A stretch of 64,000 bases of DNA, from the NCBI GenBank assembly GCA_964486045.1, contig CAZALK010000016.1, positions 32,001 through 96,000 of the forward strand, in the 5' to 3' direction. The notes beneath the pieces are model-generated. The model was not told the origin of the DNA. It did no database searches and worked only from the letters and a program-made list of their open reading frames with translations. Source of the DNA: an uncultured archaeon (GTDB taxonomy: Archaea; Asgardarchaeota; Lokiarchaeia; Sigyniarchaeales; SOKP01). How positions within the stretch are numbered: the first letter of the stretch is position 1; every line of letters starts with the position of its first letter. This document shows positions 59,878 to 64,000 of this stretch, piece after piece. The position numbers and the translations under genes were made by a program.

Positions 59878-60732
59878 ATGCAATTATTTAAAATTAGTGA
59901 TAAAGGAGATTTAGAACCACTTAACAGGTTAAACTTCGAGGAAAATGATGTCTATCTTGTTGATGATAATCAAAATAATACAATCTATGTTTGGGTGGGA
60001 ATTCAGGTTAGTCAGGTTAAAAAAGATATCACAGCAGAGCTTGCAAGAAACTTGGATAAAAGACGTGGTGGATCTACAAAAATCCTCATTATGAAACAAA
60101 AAAGAGAATACGGGTCTTTTTTAGCCATGATGCATGATTTGGAAAAAGGTCGAATCCCAGGCGAGACAACAGAAAGAAGACCAGAGTTTGTCTTTAATGT
60201 ACCTACTGAAAGCATAGAATCTGTAAAGCTTGATGGAATTCCAGAAGAACGGGAGGATGCACTTGAAACAAGAACAAGAGCTTGGTTAGCGCAATTAAAT
60301 GAGCATAGACCATCTAAAGTAGACTCAAAACCTAGTGAGGCCACCAAAGCTGTCAAATTCATAAGACTTGAGAGGGAGACTGGGAAAATCGAACCAACTG
60401 ATAAGTCAAATGTTGAAAGAATTACAGTTACAGAACAATTTATAGAAGAAGTTGAGGAACCTGACCTTAAAACCCATGTAAGAGAGGCGGCATATTATCT
60501 TTCGTTAAAAAAATATACGTACGATCAACTCTGTTGGCTTCTGAGCGAGCAGATTCAAAAAATAAACCTAGACCTTCCTTCGATTGAGGATATTAAGAAA
60601 AAGGCCGAGGAGATCTTCCGATCAGGTTGTACTTATGATGAACTCTGCTGGCTTAATTCTGAGATGGATTTTCTAATCAAAAAGAGCTTTTTGGAAAAAA
60701 ATGTTAATAAATTTCGTTACTTAACGAAATAG
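59878..60732 (+). CDS. Gelsolin-domain protein with duplicated C-terminal helical (X/DUF2934-like) module, 1DGelX-like
   Basis: DVYLVDD...IYVWVG gelsolin core; REAAYYLS..YTYDQLCWLLSE and KKKAEEIF..CTYDELCWLNSE repeats. Confidence 0.8.
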   Translation: MQLFKISDKGDLEPLNRLNFEENDVYLVDDNQNNTIYVWVGIQVSQVKKDITAELARNLDKRRGGSTKILIMKQKREYGSFLAMMHDLEKGRIPGETTERRPEFVFNVPTESIESVKLDGIPEEREDALETRTRAWLAQLNEHRPSKVDSKPSEATKAVKFIRLERETGKIEPTDKSNVERITVTEQFIEEVEEPDLKTHVREAAYYLSLKKYTYDQLCWLLSEQIQKINLDLPSIEDIKKKAEEIFRSGCTYDELCWLNSEMDFLIKKSFLEKNVNKFRYLTK

Positions 60733-61370
60733 GTTATTATAGTAATACACCCTATACTGATAAAGATTGTAGTGGAAATTATGGTTATATATAATTTAGG
60801 GACTTTTTTAGCTATTAGAGCTCCCAAGAATACACCCATCCATGCTAAAGTTATAAGCGCTAAAAATGATCCGATCCACACTTCTATAGGAGAAGAATAA
60901 ACGGATGTAAGGGTAACGGTTAGTATTTGAGTTTTATCCCCTAATTCCATAATAAAAATAAATAAACATCCCGAGAGATATGGATTACTCTTTAACTTGG
61001 TAAGTTTAGATGTAATTATTTTCTTAGAACTAGTTTTCTCTGAATCGTCTTCAATTATTGTATTTCCAATAGTTTTATTTTGTCGTTCGTGGTAGAGTTT
61101 CTTGATTTTGGGTAGTTCTAACAAACCCATAACTAAAAAAAGAATACCGGAGAATAGAGTAATAATTGAAAGATCTACAATTTGACCAATAAACATTCCA
61201 ATAATTACCCCAAGAGAGACAATAAGGGCAAAGCCTAGCGTTGCTCCTATACCAACCTTATATGATTTATCATATTCCAAAGTTAAATTAAATACAATTA
61301 GTTGGGTTTTATCACCAAGCTCCCCAAGAAATAATATCCCATATGTAATAAAAACAATAATCCAATCCAT
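60717..61370 (-). CDS. TMEM165/GDT1 (UPF0016) Ca2+/Mn2+ transporter
   Basis: Two ELGDKTQ motifs, 6 TM segments. Confidence 0.95.
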   Translation of the reverse strand: MDWIIVFITYGILFLGELGDKTQLIVFNLTLEYDKSYKVGIGATLGFALIVSLGVIIGMFIGQIVDLSIITLFSGILFLVMGLLELPKIKKLYHERQNKTIGNTIIEDDSEKTSSKKIITSKLTKLKSNPYLSGCLFIFIMELGDKTQILTVTLTSVYSSPIEVWIGSFLALITLAWMGVFLGALIAKKVPKLYITIISTTIFISIGCITIITYFVK

Positions 61371-61509
61371 GTTTAATTAAATTTAATTTAAAATAAAAAG
61401 TGTCTGTTTAACTTACAAAAAATTTAGTTTGAATGAATTATAATGTCTAAAATTAGCAAATTGTAATTAAAATGATAAAAAAAGTAGTACGAAAAAAGAT
61501 CTAGTTATT

Positions 61510-61815
61510 TCAACCACAACAACTATCGCTCTGTGGGTTTTTTGCTCGAGAACGGGCATCATATAAACAACCGCAACCTTGACGTTCTTGTAAGAGTATT
61601 GCCATTGCGGGACAGTTTCTTTTACAAGCGCTACATTCAGTACATCTTTCTGGTTCAAGGACTTCGAATTTTCCATTATTAGTTGGTTGGGGGATCCCAA
61701 AGGGACAAATCTCGAAACAGATTCCACAACCCGTGCATAAATCTTGATCAATCGAAATTTTTGGAAGTACAATATTTATATTTATCGAAGTGGTTTTTAG
61801 GGTTATTTTTTTCAC
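61510..61815 (-). CDS. hgcB: HgcB-like 2x[4Fe-4S] ferredoxin
   Basis: CTGCGICFEICP, CTECSACKRNCP, GCGC, C-terminal SCCG; directly downstream of the hgcA-like gene. Confidence 0.75.
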   Translation of the reverse strand: MKKITLKTTSININIVLPKISIDQDLCTGCGICFEICPFGIPQPTNNGKFEVLEPERCTECSACKRNCPAMAILLQERQGCGCLYDARSRAKNPQSDSCCG

Positions 61816-61873
61816 ACCTTTTTTTCTTTCTAACTATATTAAGGGCTTAATCATATTTATGTTATTTCATAAT

Positions 61874-63547
61874 TTAAAATAAAACAATTCCACTTATTGT
61901 CAATGCTACTCCAATGATTAACAAAAGAATATGGATCTTCCTAAATGTGGGATACTCTTTCTGAATCTCACCCGGACTAGTAGCCATTGAGTATCCACTC
62001 AAACTCATAGTTGAGAAGAAGGCAACCCAGAAATAAAAGATAACATTCCAGAGAATTAGAAAAAAATTCGAATGTAATACCCATGTTAGGCCCCCCAATA
62101 GAAAGACATTAAGAATCCCAAAGAAAATACCTTTAATTATGAACTTCCGAGTGAATTCTGATAAAGGAAACAAAACGGTAATTAGAGCATTAGTTACAAT
62201 GATCCAGAGCCAAATCTCACCTATCCTCCAAAATTTACTGATCCAAAATGGTGGATGAATAAAGCTCAACCCAACGAGAAGGAGTAGCAAGACGATTGAA
62301 GGTAGAAAAAATATTTTTCGTAGTAAAAAAGTCGTATGGGTAATAAATGCTCTTAGTCGGTGAGAACTTGTAAATTTAGCGAGTTTCCATTTATCGGGTT
62401 TTTTAGCAGGACGATCTTTTAAAAACTGCGGTAAGTATTTTGCCCAGACAGGTCCGAACAGAAGATTAAAGGGGAAGCTTGGTGATTCACTAGATATCAA
62501 GGGGGCAGCTACCCCTCCTGCTGAAAGTTGGGGAAGTATTAAGGTTTTTCTAGTAGTAACATTTTCAATCCCTGAGGCTTCAACAGCCTCAATGAGTTGT
62601 TTGTTACCAAAATTATTTCCTCGTGCTGCACACCATACATTTATACCATCAGAATCTACACACAACACCCAAGAATCTATTCCCTTAAGGGCACGCATAA
62701 CTCTAATAAAAGTATAAAGATAATTCGCAGTTGCTATAACCGGTGATTTTTCATCTGGGTGTCCTGATTGATAAATTCCCGGTTCAATTGGGATATGATC
62801 TGCTTGACCTGTAAAAATACATTTATAAATTTGCATCTGGGATCGAAATCCTTTGAATTTCCGAGCTGGTGGTCTATAATATCCAGGTTCACTATCATCT
62901 CCTTTAGTAGTTTTTTGTAATTCCAATGCTCTAATAGAACCATGCTTCCAATTCTCTTCAGCCACTATCTTAAATCCTATAGGTTCAAGATAATTAATAA
63001 ACCATTTTACTCGAGATGTACTTGGAAGTCGAAGTCTTCTCAGTTTTTTCTTATACCACCATCGTTTTAAGTTAAACACTATTTTCCAAAACCCAGAGGG
63101 AACAAATTCAGCACCGATAATTAATTTTCCATTTTGGCTTAGTTTTTTCCATGCATTTCTTAGAAAAATCTGTTGTTCAAATGGTCTCAGTTCAGAAATC
63201 ATAAAAGTACTTACTATAACATCTATATAACTCTCTTCAGTGGGTATTTCTGTGATAGTTCCTATTTGATATGTTAATTTCACTTCTTTATCTGTAGGAT
63301 AATTTTTCATAGCAGTATTAATCATTTGAAAATTTTTGTCTATTGCTATTACTTCATTCCCTTTTAACGCTATATTAGCAGCAAGGACACCTGTACCACA
63401 TCCTACTTCCAGTACTGAATGAGAGGTTCCAATTTGATTTAGGATCCAATCTTTAACTTTGATATTAACCCCTTTGGTTAAAGCTGTAAATTTCTCTTCA
63501 TACGTATCTGGTTCTTCTTCTAGCTTTCGCATAAAAGTAACAGCGAT
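61874..63547 (-). CDS. hgcA: Class I SAM methyltransferase fused to an HgcA-like corrinoid protein with C-terminal TM domain
   Basis: VLEVGCGTG motif I; EPGIYQSGHPDEKSPVIATANY, GINVWCAARG, LILPQLSAGGVAA, FGPVWA; about 5 TM with SGYSMATSPGEIQKE. AGGAGGG at 63554-63560 favours ATC 63547 over ATG 63532. Confidence 0.8.
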   Translation of the reverse strand: MAVTFMRKLEEEPDTYEEKFTALTKGVNIKVKDWILNQIGTSHSVLEVGCGTGVLAANIALKGNEVIAIDKNFQMINTAMKNYPTDKEVKLTYQIGTITEIPTEESYIDVIVSTFMISELRPFEQQIFLRNAWKKLSQNGKLIIGAEFVPSGFWKIVFNLKRWWYKKKLRRLRLPSTSRVKWFINYLEPIGFKIVAEENWKHGSIRALELQKTTKGDDSEPGYYRPPARKFKGFRSQMQIYKCIFTGQADHIPIEPGIYQSGHPDEKSPVIATANYLYTFIRVMRALKGIDSWVLCVDSDGINVWCAARGNNFGNKQLIEAVEASGIENVTTRKTLILPQLSAGGVAAPLISSESPSFPFNLLFGPVWAKYLPQFLKDRPAKKPDKWKLAKFTSSHRLRAFITHTTFLLRKIFFLPSIVLLLLLVGLSFIHPPFWISKFWRIGEIWLWIIVTNALITVLFPLSEFTRKFIIKGIFFGILNVFLLGGLTWVLHSNFFLILWNVIFYFWVAFFSTMSLSGYSMATSPGEIQKEYPTFRKIHILLLIIGVALTISGIVLF

Positions 63548-63882
63548 GATAATCCCTCCTTTAACATGCTAATCATTATGATTGATAATTAAATTATGGA
63601 TATTGAAAAAAAAAATTTAATGAAAAATTAAAGTTTTTATTTTTATAAATATTCTACGTTATTTAAAAATTGTAATTAAGACTAATTAATGTCTGAATAA
63701 TTTATCCTAATTAGCATTCTGACAAAAAATCGGTCAATAGTGGCGGAAATAATTATTAATTTAGATACAAAACGTTTATATAGAACCTTTAATCCTTATA
63801 TAAATACTATTCTTTAATTTAATTTTAAAATAAAAATAAACAAAAATAGAAATAAAAAAAAAGTATTCAAAAGGTAATTTTA

Positions 63883-64000
63883 ATGAGCAATGAGGAATTA
63901 AGTGAAGAGAAATTTTGGGGTAAGAAACTAAAAGAACATTGGAAAGCTTTAGCCATTGGTATAACAGGAGCAATTGTTGCTTTTATTGGGGTATTACTAG
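63883..64000 (+). CDS. Membrane protein, 5' part only (window edge)
   Basis: AAGGT SD; MSNEELSEEKFWGKKLKEHWKALAIGITGAIVAFIGVLL... Confidence 0.65.
   Translation, partial: MSNEELSEEKFWGKKLKEHWKALAIGITGAIVAFIGVLL

Noticed and set aside
61501-61512. Selenocysteine readthrough at the hgcB TGA (CCG-U-NN-TAG)
   Set aside because: No SECIS-like stem is visible downstream, and CCG is a normal HgcB-type terminus
61874-63547. Calling the corrinoid protein a CODH/ACS gamma or delta subunit
   Set aside because: It has the Cys cap helix, a TM domain and an HgcB-like neighbour, and there is no cdh operon in the window
1360-63973. Numerous short antisense or alternate-frame ORFs in the track (e.g. 2158, 11439, 14585, 19085, 20365, 28835, 45343, 57107, 59234, 60012, 61467, 63776)
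   Set aside because: Shadows of well-supported genes or AT-rich intergenic noise

Overview
AT-rich archaeal DNA, most likely from an Asgard archaeon of the Lokiarchaeia. This assignment is inferred from two Rab-like GTPases, longin- and uDENN-like proteins, two gelsolin-domain proteins and IPGY-TM-basic (Loki-CTERM-like) sorting tails. About 60 CDS are supported. I found no rRNA, tRNA or CRISPR array. Main blocks: (1) 1-14 kb, redox/repair genes (msrA, msrB, DsbA-like, Tag, hemerythrin, FAD oxidoreductase) mixed with eukaryotic-signature proteins; (2) two large secreted, membrane-anchored hydrolases (GH123/DUF4091-like, and a V8-like protease with six INWxGDDDYL repeats); (3) an ArsR-like regulator plus ARPP-1/DUF6569 operon; (4) 30-44 kb, a complete phosphorylative L-fucose cluster (two GH29, GH78, FucI, kinase, aldolase) that also carries an aldehyde:ferredoxin oxidoreductase and two UroD/MtaA-family proteins; (5) 61.5-63.5 kb, the top finding: an hgcA/hgcB-like pair in which a class I SAM methyltransferase is fused to the HgcA-like corrinoid and membrane protein, with a variant cap helix (NVWCAARG), followed by a GDT1 cation transporter. 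Several genes appear to start at ATA/ATT/ATC, and several small ORFs and pseudogene relics are absent from the ORF track. All family calls come from motif recognition by eye; no database search was run.
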